In this document: piece after piece, positions 18,813-27,403 of the stretch
Position numbering within the stretch: position 1 is the stretch's first letter
Layout of the letters: each line of letters opens with the position of its first letter
Virus record (IMG/VR): IMGVR_UViG_3300014656_000050
Location: 1 to 40,668 of that record
Source of the DNA: a virus
Lineage: Duplodnaviria > Caudoviricetes
Strand: one strand, 5' to 3'
Length of the DNA stretch: 40,668 bases
Position numbers and translations under genes: made by a program
Notes under the pieces: model-generated
Told to the model about the DNA's origin: nothing
What the model saw: only the letters and a program-made list of their open reading frames with translations
Databases searched by the model: none

Positions 18813-20520
18813 GGTCAACCAAAATTGGCGGGACAATGTGGCTAAAGGCAACGAGCCTATTCCTTATATTTTAATCAATACCGACCTTGGAATTCGTGGA
18901 TACGCAGCAAGGGACATGTCCTTCCTGTCACTCTCTCCCGGGTATTTGGCGGACGGGACCTATGACGCGGACGGAACGATAACGGCAGGTGGTGATTCGT
19001 TTGATATTCTTTCTTATGACGCCAAGGTTCTTTCGTTCGGAACAGTTTCAAGAAATATGAAACCACGCGTCAATGATTTATTCGCAGCATTTCAGAACAA
19101 AGAAATGGCGACTATGGACATTGTGTTGAACAATGCCGACAGGTATTTTACAAGGCTTCTCCCAAAAGAACCGTTTCTCGGAAAACAAATTAGGCTTTAT
19201 TTGGCCATGCCTGATAGTCAATTTGCCGATCACCTGAAAATTTTCAGCGGAAAAATAAATCAATACAACGACCGCCAAGGACAATTTACGATCACGGCGC
19301 AAGAGGATTATCTCTCACTCGACAGGACTTTTTATCTCAAACGATCAGACGGTTTTACAAATTATCTTACCGCAAATGAGACACTCCCGATAGTTTATGG
19401 CGACCTGACCGACGGGTATTATGGGATATGGGAAGCCCCGTGCATCGACACAGTAAACCACGTTTATTGCTTTGCTTGCCACCCTGTTTTGTCTGTCGCA
19501 AATGGGAACACTGTATCTGTTTACGTCGACGATGTTTTACAGACATCTGGATATACTTTTTCTGAGTCTAACGCCGTATATTCAGATTACGCAACCGTAA
19601 CATTTACGGCCGATCAGGGAAATTCAACCGTTTCGGTCAAGGGCATGGGATTGGATGATTCTGGAACGCTGATCGAAAACATCGTTGACATAGTTGACGA
19701 TTTTCTATCTACCCACGTTGGATGGACTGGCGATCTTGACGCAACCGCAAAAGCGTATTCCTCTCAAGTATTTATCAATGCTGGATACAAAGCGGCCGGA
19801 TGCATCGCTCAAGACGATTCTGTTTGGACAATCATTCAGAACATGGTATCAAGTTTTCTTGCAGACTTGTTTATTAACGGAGCAGGCGATCTTGTTTTAA
19901 AAATACAAAATTTTTCCATCCAGACCGGATTTGAGGATTTACTGCGTCGTCAAGACATCGTGGTTTCAGATATGTATCAGGACTGGACAAATCTTATCAA
20001 TCAGGTCTGGTGTCAATATCGGTGGAATTATAATGACTCTGATTTTTATTGGTATTCAGACGGAGATGCAACCAAAAATCAACTTAGTCAAAATGTCTAT
20101 GGAATGCGTGTTCCAACCGACCCATATCCGTTCTATTTTATCAGAGATACCGATACAGTTACGGATATTCAATCCGTACTTGTTGACAAATTTAAAGACC
20201 CTATTTGGGTTGTGAATGTGACCAATAATACCGGGGCCATGTTCCAGGTTGAAACCGGAGATATAATACTTGGAACACTTGAAAATATTTATGATACAAC
20301 CGGGAAACAACTCGTTAATCAGTTTTGGAAAGTAATCCAGGTTCAGCATGATTTTGACGGATTTTTTACGACACTTCAATTGATTGACACCGGCTCTTTT
20401 CTTTATTGGGCTGAGTATGCAACCGGTAGTTATGCTACCCCAAGTCCACTTGGTTCTGGTGATTTATTGGCCAATGGGGTTATAATGGCTGGTGGCGATA
20501 GGGATTCAACAGTTTATTAA
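18805..20520 (+). CDS. tail tip / hub protein
   Basis: Position; LPIVYGD motif; 571 aa rich in Y/D/T. Confidence 0.65.
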   Translation: MLRVNQNWRDNVAKGNEPIPYILINTDLGIRGYAARDMSFLSLSPGYLADGTYDADGTITAGGDSFDILSYDAKVLSFGTVSRNMKPRVNDLFAAFQNKEMATMDIVLNNADRYFTRLLPKEPFLGKQIRLYLAMPDSQFADHLKIFSGKINQYNDRQGQFTITAQEDYLSLDRTFYLKRSDGFTNYLTANETLPIVYGDLTDGYYGIWEAPCIDTVNHVYCFACHPVLSVANGNTVSVYVDDVLQTSGYTFSESNAVYSDYATVTFTADQGNSTVSVKGMGLDDSGTLIENIVDIVDDFLSTHVGWTGDLDATAKAYSSQVFINAGYKAAGCIAQDDSVWTIIQNMVSSFLADLFINGAGDLVLKIQNFSIQTGFEDLLRRQDIVVSDMYQDWTNLINQVWCQYRWNYNDSDFYWYSDGDATKNQLSQNVYGMRVPTDPYPFYFIRDTDTVTDIQSVLVDKFKDPIWVVNVTNNTGAMFQVETGDIILGTLENIYDTTGKQLVNQFWKVIQVQHDFDGFFTTLQLIDTGSFLYWAEYATGSYATPSPLGSGDLLANGVIMAGGDRDSTVY

Positions 20521-20529
20521 GAGGAAAAA

Positions 20530-21396
20530 ATGACTCAACAGATTATCAATTACGATGAAAAAATGGTTGGCGCAAACCATCCAACACTTTCAGACACCCT
20601 TAATCGCGCCATACTTGTTGACCACGCTGACGACGGGCACCATAATTTTGCCGTCCTCCAGGAGCAAGGCTCAGCCCCAACGACTGCCGCAAATGAGGGG
20701 GCGATCTATACGAAGGAGAGCGGCGGGGTTACTGAGTTGTTTTTCCGACGCGAATCTGATGGAATAGAGATTTTCATGTCCACCGGATTCCGTTTGCGTC
20801 AACGGACAATTTATACTTCTAACGACACATGGACAAAATCGGCGTGGTGCCGGGCAGTTTTAATTGAGGTCCAAGGCGGCGGTGGCGGAAGCGGAGGCGC
20901 TGGTTCAGGGACCGGCAGGGGTAGTTCTGGAGGTGGAGGAGGAGGCGCATATTCCAAAAAATTCATCCTGGAGTCGTCATTGGGTGCAACCGAGACCGTA
21001 ACCGTTGGAGGTGGCGGAAGCGGAGGCGCTGCTGGAAACAACAATGGGGCTTCTGGCGGAACGTCGTCTTTTGGGGCACATGCGACTTCAACGGGCGGAG
21101 GCGGAGGTGGTGGGACAACTATTGGAACATCTGGATTCGGTTCGGGCGGTTCGGGCGGGACATCAAGTGGAGGCGATATATGTGTTAACGGAGGAAGCGG
21201 GGGCACAGGTATTGTGCTAAGTAGTGGCACCGTTAATTTTGGAACTGGGGGCGGCTCTCTTTTTTCTAATCCTCAAAACCTACCCGCAGTGGACGGTGTT
21301 GATTTTGGAGGTGGGGCATCTGGAGTGTCGTCAGCGACACAGGTAGCTGGGAACGACGGAGGGGATGGAATAATAATAGTTTGGGAGTACGAATAA
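20530..21396 (+). CDS. tail fibre protein with glycine-rich domain
   Basis: EVQGGGGGSGG, GGGGGAYS, VTVGGGGSGG, GGTSSFG, GGDGIIIVWEY. Confidence 0.75.
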   Translation: MTQQIINYDEKMVGANHPTLSDTLNRAILVDHADDGHHNFAVLQEQGSAPTTAANEGAIYTKESGGVTELFFRRESDGIEIFMSTGFRLRQRTIYTSNDTWTKSAWCRAVLIEVQGGGGGSGGAGSGTGRGSSGGGGGGAYSKKFILESSLGATETVTVGGGGSGGAAGNNNGASGGTSSFGAHATSTGGGGGGGTTIGTSGFGSGGSGGTSSGGDICVNGGSGGTGIVLSSGTVNFGTGGGSLFSNPQNLPAVDGVDFGGGASGVSSATQVAGNDGGDGIIIVWEYE

Positions 21397-21767
21397 TGAA
21401 GGCGCTAATTCACGGAAGACGTGTTTGTCAAGTCGTTAAGGATGAAGACCTTTTTCCCGTTTCCGCAGGCCTAAAATGGGTTGATTGCCCAATGGACATT
21501 ACCGATCAACACACTTACGAAAAAGGTAGGTTTGTTGATCCGCCACCTTCTGGTTTACGTGTTCCCATTTGGAACGGCGTTGAATGGATAGACGAAAACC
21601 CGCTAACCGTTCAGGAAAAACGGCAACAGGAATACGAGTCGACTGGTTGCTCTGTAAATGATCTTATTGTTGCCTTGTGGGAAAAAATAGTTGAGAATCG
21701 TCCTGAAGAGGCGACAGATATTCAGGCCAAACGCGAAGCGGTGAAGGCGAAGTTTCCGAAACAATAA
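21396..21767 (+). CDS. putative tail fibre assembly/accessory protein
   Basis: TAATG overlap; FPVSAGLKWVDCP, WNGVEW, C-terminal REAVKAKFPK. Confidence 0.6.
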   Translation: MKALIHGRRVCQVVKDEDLFPVSAGLKWVDCPMDITDQHTYEKGRFVDPPPSGLRVPIWNGVEWIDENPLTVQEKRQQEYESTGCSVNDLIVALWEKIVENRPEEATDIQAKREAVKAKFPKQ

Positions 21768-21919
21768 TGCAAAATAGCATTTTTCCATTTTTCCTCGGAG
21801 GCACAATCTTTTTTGGTCTTGTTGTCCTACTGAATAGTAAAAGAGACATTTTTATGTCATTGGCGCTTCCATATTTTATTTTTTCTGTTGTCTGCTGTCT
21901 CATCAGAATGTTCTGGTGA
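21767..21919 (+). CDS. small two-TM membrane protein (holin candidate)
   Basis: 50-aa ORF below the track cutoff, MQNSIFPFFLGGTIFFGLVVLLNSKRDIFMSLALPYFIFSVVCCLIRMFW; TAATG overlap. Confidence 0.5.
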   Translation: MQNSIFPFFLGGTIFFGLVVLLNSKRDIFMSLALPYFIFSVVCCLIRMFW

Positions 21920-21922
21920 AAA

Positions 21923-22363
21923 TTGCCTGATTGGTTCGCTCATGCTGCATCTGTCATAGGAACGCTTTTTGGTTTGTGTCTGGTGTTAGCCGGAGTAACG
22001 GTAAAAAGATTCTTGATTGAATACGAAAGGTTCAAAACTGACATGGAAAAAGTATGCGGCCAAACGGACGAAGACCACCAAAGGCTATCTGACTACAAAA
22101 AGCAAGTATTGGACATCGGATCGTTTTTGAGCAAAATAGATTACAATGTCGGACAAATGGCTGAAAACCAAAACCGATTGGAAACGATCATTATAAATCA
22201 AACTAAAAGATCAGTCACAAACCACAGAGTAATGCTTCAAACAATGGTTCAGATATGCCGCGCAAGCGGGCTTGATTGTTCAGACGTTGAAGCTCTTTAT
22301 CAGGAATATCGGACGGCGGCGTTTCGTGAACTGGCTACCGGGGAACAGATAAGCAAGGACTAA
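21923..22363 (+). CDS. holin-like membrane protein (one TM plus coiled coil)
   Basis: TTG start with GGTGA SD; hydrophobic N-terminal helix; upstream of the endolysin. Confidence 0.5.
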   Translation: MPDWFAHAASVIGTLFGLCLVLAGVTVKRFLIEYERFKTDMEKVCGQTDEDHQRLSDYKKQVLDIGSFLSKIDYNVGQMAENQNRLETIIINQTKRSVTNHRVMLQTMVQICRASGLDCSDVEALYQEYRTAAFRELATGEQISKD

Positions 22364-22366
22364 AAC

Positions 22367-22678
22367 ATGAGTGTTTATGATTGGTGGTTATTCGGTCGTG
22401 ACGGGTGCAGCGCGTGTGAAGACGCCAAGGCGCTCGGGATAAATTGGAAATATAAGTTCGACCTGACACCCAGCTTCGACGACAATATTTTGCCGGAGAA
22501 TCTGACCACGGAAGACGTGGCCCCCTCTCCCTGGGCATTGGCGGCCATGGCGTGGTGTGAAGCCGTGGAGGCTCCGCTCCCTGTCATCGTTGTCTGGGAT
22601 AAGAGCGATTCAAAAAGTTATCGTGAGAAGTGGGAAGGCAGGATCCCCACACCCGAAGAAATCGAGAGATGGAGATGA
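22367..22678 (+). CDS. glutaredoxin/thioredoxin-like protein
   Basis: LFGRDGCSACEDAK (CxxC after the first beta strand) and PLPVIV cis-Pro-like motif. Confidence 0.55.
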   Translation: MSVYDWWLFGRDGCSACEDAKALGINWKYKFDLTPSFDDNILPENLTTEDVAPSPWALAAMAWCEAVEAPLPVIVVWDKSDSKSYREKWEGRIPTPEEIERWR

Positions 22679-23289
22679 GTAGGGCGTCCGACTACAACAA
22701 GAAAAATTTGGTCAACTGGGGAACATCCGCCTTCCCCTGGGAGGTGGTGGGAAAATTCGTGGACTGGGCAAGGTTCACGGACGACGTTACCGCCGAACAA
22801 CAGCGGCTTGGCCTCATGGTTGATGGAATGCTCGGCCCGAAAACCGTGGAGGCCCTGACCTCGGCACCCGGTGAACCACCATGGTATCATGTGGCCATGG
22901 GAGAGGTCGGCACAAAAGAATTTCAGCCCGGGAGTAATCCACAGATCGAAAAATATCACGCCAGCACGTCGATTGGGTCATCTCCCGACGACGTGCCATG
23001 GTGCTCATCGTTTGTCAATTGGTGTATGGAGCAAGCAGGAATCAAGGGCACCGTGTCGGCGTGGGCGCGGTCTTGGCTCAATTGGGGCGAGGAGTTGACT
23101 ATCCCGCGACTCGGGTGCATCGTCGTTCTTGCCCGGGGATCAGGGGGGCATGTCGGATTTTACCGGGGATCTGGAGACCTTGGCAAAATAGAAGTCCTGG
23201 GGGGTAATCAATCCAACCAAGTTCGTTTTTCTTTTTATAACCGTGGCGACATTTTGGGATACAGGTGGCCAAAAAACTACCAAAAATAA
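22675..23289 (+). CDS. endolysin: peptidoglycan-binding motif plus CHAP/NlpC-P60-like (TIGR02594-type) domain
   Basis: VDGMLGPKT; PPWY-VA--EVG, DDVPWCSSFVNW, ARSWLNWG, GHVGFY, LGGNQSNQV; alternative start at 22669. Confidence 0.9.
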   Translation: MSRASDYNKKNLVNWGTSAFPWEVVGKFVDWARFTDDVTAEQQRLGLMVDGMLGPKTVEALTSAPGEPPWYHVAMGEVGTKEFQPGSNPQIEKYHASTSIGSSPDDVPWCSSFVNWCMEQAGIKGTVSAWARSWLNWGEELTIPRLGCIVVLARGSGGHVGFYRGSGDLGKIEVLGGNQSNQVRFSFYNRGDILGYRWPKNYQK

Positions 23290-23302
23290 AGGAGATCGAA
23301 AA

Positions 23303-23509
23303 ATGGGACTTACTTGGACCGGAATATTGTCGACACTGGCCGGACAAATTATCGGATGGCTATCCCCGCAGATCAGAGATAAGGCGATTGAAATGCTCCA
23401 GGACCTGCACGAGAAAGCATTGGCCACTCCAAACCCTCTTGACGACCTGGCAACCGGGTTACTATTAACGCTTGTGGGGGGTAAGCCGAGGGAAGGCGGG
23501 GTGAAATAA
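23303..23509 (+). CDS. small amphipathic lysis-module protein
   Basis: SD AAGGAG; 68 aa; TPNPLDD motif; last gene before the terminator. Confidence 0.6.
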   Translation: MGLTWTGILSTLAGQIIGWLSPQIRDKAIEMLQDLHEKALATPNPLDDLATGLLLTLVGGKPREGGVK

Positions 23510-23511
23510 AT

Positions 23512-23545
23512 AAAAAAATAGGGGCAGTAGTGCCCCTTATTTTTT
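23512..23545. terminator. bidirectional intrinsic terminator
   Basis: A-tract-TA-GGGGCA-GTAG-TGCCCC-TTATTTTTT between convergent operons. Confidence 0.85.
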
Positions 23546-23574
23546 GGGCGCGTCATTGCGTGCCCCGGGCTTAG

Positions 23575-23865
23575 TTACTCGGTAGGTTGGTTGATAGTAA
23601 TAATCTGCCGTCTTAAATCGTCCTCTGTGTGAAAACCCAGGACCGGAATTCCATCTGAATTCCAAGCACCGAATAGATAATCCTCACCGTCCCCGAATAT
23701 TTCTCCGCCTTGAATAAAAACGTCAACTTCCAGCTTATTCTCGCCGGTATTGTCGGTCAGGCCGTCGATAACGCTCTGGTAATATTTTACCCTGTCATTG
23801 ATAGTGTGGGCGTTTAAGGTCTCTGTGTCGTTATTTTTAATCGCCTCAAGAAGTTCTTTATACAT
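23575..23865 (-). CDS. hypothetical acidic protein (leftward early operon)
   Basis: 96 aa; SD AAAGGA. Confidence 0.7.
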   Translation of the reverse strand: MYKELLEAIKNNDTETLNAHTINDRVKYYQSVIDGLTDNTGENKLEVDVFIQGGEIFGDGEDYLFGAWNSDGIPVLGFHTEDDLRRQIITINQPTE

Positions 23866-23904
23866 TTTTCATTCCTTTCTTAGGGGCCTTCCGGCCCCCG
23901 GTGT

Positions 23905-24117
23905 TTATTCATCCCATTCATCCCGCGTCACAATCCGTAAACAGTCTAAGTTCTCACCCACGAGCAGCCGCTCAGCGTCCCAGGACCAAACTCCTTCGGT
24001 GTATCGGGGTTCATCTCCGCCAAACGTCGGCAAGTCCCCGCTCCATTGCCCATGGATGTCCAGGGTTTGAGGATCGTTGTTCGCCATTGCCTTATAAAGT
24101 TCATCCAAATTCTTCAT
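23905..24117 (-). CDS. hypothetical protein (leftward early operon)
   Basis: Start MKNLDEL at 24117 with SD AAGGAG; LPTFGGDEP--TEGVWSWD motif. Confidence 0.75.
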   Translation of the reverse strand: MKNLDELYKAMANNDPQTLDIHGQWSGDLPTFGGDEPRYTEGVWSWDAERLLVGENLDCLRIVTRDEWDE

Positions 24118-24160
24118 TTTCGTGCTCCTTTTTAAAGGGGGCACCCCGGCCCCCGGCTGG

Positions 24161-24307
24161 TTATCTGGGGATCAAGACTGACCAGATCTCTTCGTCGCCC
24201 CAGGTCTCATGCTCGATCTTGTATTCCTTGAGACCGATCAGCCTGGCATACCATTCACAGTCCGCCTGCCCTTCGTCTGTAATGTAGATCTCCCTCCAGT
24301 TTTTCAT
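24161..24307 (-). CDS. hypothetical 48-aa protein (leftward early operon)
   Basis: MKNWREIYITDEGQADCEWYARLIGLKEYKIEHETWGDEEIWSVLIPR; SD GGGAGG; directly after a consensus promoter; not in the track. Confidence 0.7.
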   Translation of the reverse strand: MKNWREIYITDEGQADCEWYARLIGLKEYKIEHETWGDEEIWSVLIPR

Positions 24308-24328
24308 TTCGTCCTCCCTGTTGATTTA

Positions 24329-24357
24329 ATAATACCACATTCGGAATTATTTGTCAA
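24329..24357 (-). promoter_or_regulatory. sigma70-type promoter, leftward
   Basis: TTGACA-17 nt-TATTAT with extended -10 TG. Confidence 0.85.
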
Positions 24358-24377
24358 GCGGTAATGAGGAAAATAAT

Positions 24378-24692
24378 TTATTTTTTTCTCTTGTCCCAAC
24401 ACCGCCGGCAAACCCGGTCGGGACCGCCCCAGGGGTCCTGATAGAGATTGGTATACCAACCACCGCAGGACGCGCAAAGGGATCTCCCCTCCCCAGGACC
24501 GAGGGTATGGGCTCGCGGGCCCCGGGGCCTGAGCTGTAGACCATCCGCGTCTTCGGGACGGATCCACCACATCCCGCCCCGTTTGGCTGCCGGGAGCTCC
24601 CCGGACAGTATCCTATTAATAATAGTCCGGGGTTGGAGCCCGGACCGAACCGCAGCCTCTCCAGTCGTCAATAGATGTTTTTCTGCGTCCAT
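24378..24692 (-). CDS. excisionase-type HTH DNA-binding protein with C-terminal CxxC...CxxC
   Basis: LLTTGEAA------RTI---I-SGELPAAKRGGMWWI; CASC...CRRC; SD AGGAGG. Confidence 0.8.
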   Translation of the reverse strand: MDAEKHLLTTGEAAVRSGLQPRTIINRILSGELPAAKRGGMWWIRPEDADGLQLRPRGPRAHTLGPGEGRSLCASCGGWYTNLYQDPWGGPDRVCRRCWDKRKK

Positions 24693-24713
24693 TTTGTCCT
24701 CCTATATATAGGG

Positions 24714-24742
24714 AGGATACCGAGGTTGGAAAATTTTGTCAA
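24714..24742 (-). promoter_or_regulatory. sigma70-type promoter, leftward
   Basis: TTGACA-17 nt-TATCCT upstream of the HTH gene. Confidence 0.7.
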
Positions 24743-24847
24743 GGGTTTTCATTTTTTCTTGTCAGTTTTTATTTTAAATTACAGTAAGTTAAAAAAGTAG
24801 ACCCGGACCGGTTTGATTCGACCCCATGATTTTTTGAATTAAATGGC

Positions 24848-24877
24848 TTGACAAAATTTAGCGCACGCGCTAAATTT
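24848..24877 (+). promoter_or_regulatory. rightward promoter with overlapping operator palindrome
   Basis: TTGACA-17 nt-TAAATT; inverted repeat AAATTTAGCGC-AC-GCGCTAAATTT at 24854-24877. Confidence 0.75.
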
Positions 24878-24911
24878 ACCATCATACAGGGCAACGCATA
24901 GGAGGCGGAAG

Positions 24912-25130
24912 ATGAAAAAATTACAGGAAAGCCAACAGGATTTATTGTGGACGGTAAAAATGAATCCGGGGGCCAATACCCACCGGTTGGCCAAAATTAG
25001 GGGTGATTACCAATCATATGAGCGGAATTTACTGGACCGGTTGTTTCGTCTCCAGGTCCGTGGTGTAATACGAAGCATGGAATGTCGCAAAAATTACGTT
25101 ATTGAACGGCGCTGGTATCCGTCCGTATAA
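24912..25130 (+). CDS. hypothetical protein, possibly winged-helix DNA-binding
   Basis: SD AGGAGG; basic; L-RL-VRGVI pattern. Confidence 0.65.
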   Translation: MKKLQESQQDLLWTVKMNPGANTHRLAKIRGDYQSYERNLLDRLFRLQVRGVIRSMECRKNYVIERRWYPSV

Positions 25131-25209
25131 TTTTTTTCATTGTGGGAGGGGGGCGAGGGAATTATCCACCGCCCCATAAAAAGCTGAAAAAAGTGATAAA
25201 AAACTGCAA

Positions 25210-25398
25210 ATGAACAATAAAAATGGATTGACAACGGCCCAGGCGGCTAAACTACTCGGGGTGAGCCCGGTCACAGTCAGATGGAAAATATCGAAGGGCT
25301 ATATCCTGGCAACAAAAATTGGACGCGACTGGATTATTGATTCGCGCCAAAAAATATTTCGGAGGGGTGGCCGTGGCAAAAAAAATACGCGATCTTGA
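25210..25398 (+). CDS. excisionase-type HTH DNA-binding protein
   Basis: LTTAQAAKLLGVSPVTVRW-I-KG-I-ATKIGRDWII. Confidence 0.85.
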   Translation: MNNKNGLTTAQAAKLLGVSPVTVRWKISKGYILATKIGRDWIIDSRQKIFRRGGRGKKNTRS

Positions 25399-25549
25399 CC
25401 CCCAGCGGAGCGGATTGAGGTCCGTTCCGTTTGTGGCCAAACCACCAACCCAGGCTAAACCGACACCGGTCCAACGGCCACCTAAAAAACACGGCCAAAT
25501 TGGCGATGAGTGCGGAATGGCAAGGGAGGCAAGAGGGGAAACTTGTTGA
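25373..25549 (+). CDS. hypothetical protein
   Basis: GTG start after GGAGGGG; basic and Pro-rich. Confidence 0.35.
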   Translation: MAKKIRDLDPQRSGLRSVPFVAKPPTQAKPTPVQRPPKKHGQIGDECGMAREARGETC

Positions 25550-25927
25550 CCAGAGACGAACAAAAAAACACCGGAGGAAAAGAAAATGCGAATCAGAGGA
25601 AGCCCGGGATCAAATTCCAGCGTGAATTTTTCCAGAAAATATAATATCTGACACCGTCCCCACCGGAAATGGGAACATACCCACAAAAAGAGGTTTGGAT
25701 GAAATTAAAATTCCTGATGTAATTTTCTCGTGTTTCGAAAATCCATTCAGGAGGTAAGCCTATAAAATAATTGATCGGAACCGATACATAAAGGCACTTG
25801 TTTTGTTTTTCAACCCCCTGATTCGGGGGGTAAAGTCCAAGAAGATAACGTTGCTATTTAGTTTTTTGATTCGCTCGCGCCCCCGGGTCTAACCCGCCCG
25901 GGGGTAAACAAAAAGGAGGAAAAGCCA

Positions 25928-26110
25928 ATGGTGATCAAGGCACATTCAGACGGTTTTATGGTAGACTATTTTTGCTCCAAATGCCAGAAAACAGAACGAC
26001 GATACATCAAACGGACTGACTCGGATTACATCAGAAACCTGGCCCGTCAATGCCCAACCTGCAAGTCCATCATGACCACGATGGTCAGGCCGGATTTGAG
26101 GTCCGCATAA
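25928..26110 (+). CDS. small zinc-ribbon protein
   Basis: SD AAGGAGG; CSKC...CPTC. Confidence 0.7.
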   Translation: MVIKAHSDGFMVDYFCSKCQKTERRYIKRTDSDYIRNLARQCPTCKSIMTTMVRPDLRSA

Positions 26111-26190
26111 TGCAACTATCCTGGGAAGAAAAAATAATCTCAATCGTCGGGTTGGGTTTCATCGCGCTTTGGCTGTTGTTACTCCGATGA
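26110..26190 (+). CDS. 26-aa single-TM peptide
   Basis: MQLSWEEKIISIVGLGFIALWLLLLR; TAATG and ATGA overlaps with both neighbours. Confidence 0.45.
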   Translation: MQLSWEEKIISIVGLGFIALWLLLLR

Positions 26191-26726
26191 AGCTTCCATC
26201 TGTAACGCAAGTTCTATCACCCTTCGCAGATTTTTCATGTGTTTCTCCTGATGTTTTAAAGGTAGCGGCTGAAAGGGGAACGAAAGTCCATCAGGCTTGT
26301 GGCGCATTTGCACAAGGACTTTGGGTTACAGAATTAGACGAAGCATGTTTTGGATATTTTTCATCGTTCAAACGATGGTTTATTTCGGTGGTCAAAAAGG
26401 TTATTGCGGTTGAGTTTGAAGCTGTTTTTACATCAATGGGATATGTTGGTCATCCTGACCTTTTATGTGTCTTTCGAGGTGATGATATTCCGACATTGGT
26501 AGACATAAAAACACCAATTACCATATCGCCAACGTGGGCTCTTCAGCTCGCTGCCTATAAATACGCGTGCCTATATAGTGGCTACATTGTCGGAAAAATT
26601 GGAACGTTGAGGCTGTCGAAAACAGGGGGCAACGCAAAGTTTGACGAGTTTACAGATTGCCATCGGGCTTTCAGGGCTTTTTGCGGAGCACTGTCAGCTT
26701 ACAAATATATGAAAGAGGTAAAATAA
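26187..26726 (+). CDS. PD-(D/E)XK exonuclease (recombination nuclease)
   Basis: LPSVTQVL, ERGTKVH, GYVGHPDLL, VDIKT, LQLAAY. Confidence 0.85.
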   Translation: MKLPSVTQVLSPFADFSCVSPDVLKVAAERGTKVHQACGAFAQGLWVTELDEACFGYFSSFKRWFISVVKKVIAVEFEAVFTSMGYVGHPDLLCVFRGDDIPTLVDIKTPITISPTWALQLAAYKYACLYSGYIVGKIGTLRLSKTGGNAKFDEFTDCHRAFRAFCGALSAYKYMKEVK

Positions 26727-26728
26727 GG

Positions 26729-27400
26729 ATGGACTTCAATGTTCTTCTGGGAAAAGACGATGTGAAAAAAAACTTTGACATTTCAACTGTCAAGGGTTCC
26801 TTATCGGTTTACGACCAACGATTCATGGCAATGGAATTCGATGCCAGAGTATGCACAATAGAGAGCGAAAAAGACCATGAACTTGCGGTAGAAATGGCGA
26901 TCCAGGCAAAAAAGTTGGTCAAAAAAATCAACAATATTCGAGACAAATTTATTTCTGAGCCAAAAGAATATGTCCGGTCGGTCAACAACATGGCAAAAAG
27001 TTATACGGACCGCTTGGCCGCGATTGAAAAATGTCTTCGGGATAAACTATCGAACTTCCAATACCAACGAGAGCTTGAACGTCGGAAAGCGGAAGAGGAG
27101 GCAAGAAAGGCTGCCGCCGAAATTCAGACCAGGCTTAACGAGGAAGCCAAGGCCGCGAATGTCGAGCCTGTTCAGATTATCGTCCCCTTGGCCCCACAAC
27201 CAAAAATTGTAACCAGGACGGCGGAGGGGTCATCCTCAAGCAGGGAGGTATGGACATTCGCAGTCGATGATGAGTCAAAGATACCTCCAAAATATTTTGT
27301 TCTCGACACCAAACGAATAGGAAAGGACGTCCGAAGCGGAATCCGGGACATCCCCGGAGTTCGAATTTACCAGGAATTCAAAACAGTGCTAAGGGGATAG
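26729..27400 (+). CDS. coiled-coil recombination-module protein (Gp157/Gam-like tail)
   Basis: Long coiled coil, then WTFAVDDESKIPPKY...IPGVRIYQE. Confidence 0.65.
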   Translation: MDFNVLLGKDDVKKNFDISTVKGSLSVYDQRFMAMEFDARVCTIESEKDHELAVEMAIQAKKLVKKINNIRDKFISEPKEYVRSVNNMAKSYTDRLAAIEKCLRDKLSNFQYQRELERRKAEEEARKAAAEIQTRLNEEAKAANVEPVQIIVPLAPQPKIVTRTAEGSSSSREVWTFAVDDESKIPPKYFVLDTKRIGKDVRSGIRDIPGVRIYQEFKTVLRG

Positions 27401-27403
27401 GAC

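Noticed and set aside
20860-21370. GGC/GGA/GGT repeats as a tandem repeat or DGR target
   Set aside because: Explained by the glycine-rich fibre domain; no reverse transcriptase or template/variable repeat pair seen.
23546-24156. Intergenic repeats as a mini-CRISPR array
   Set aside because: The repeats are short, degenerate and separated by whole genes; no cas genes.
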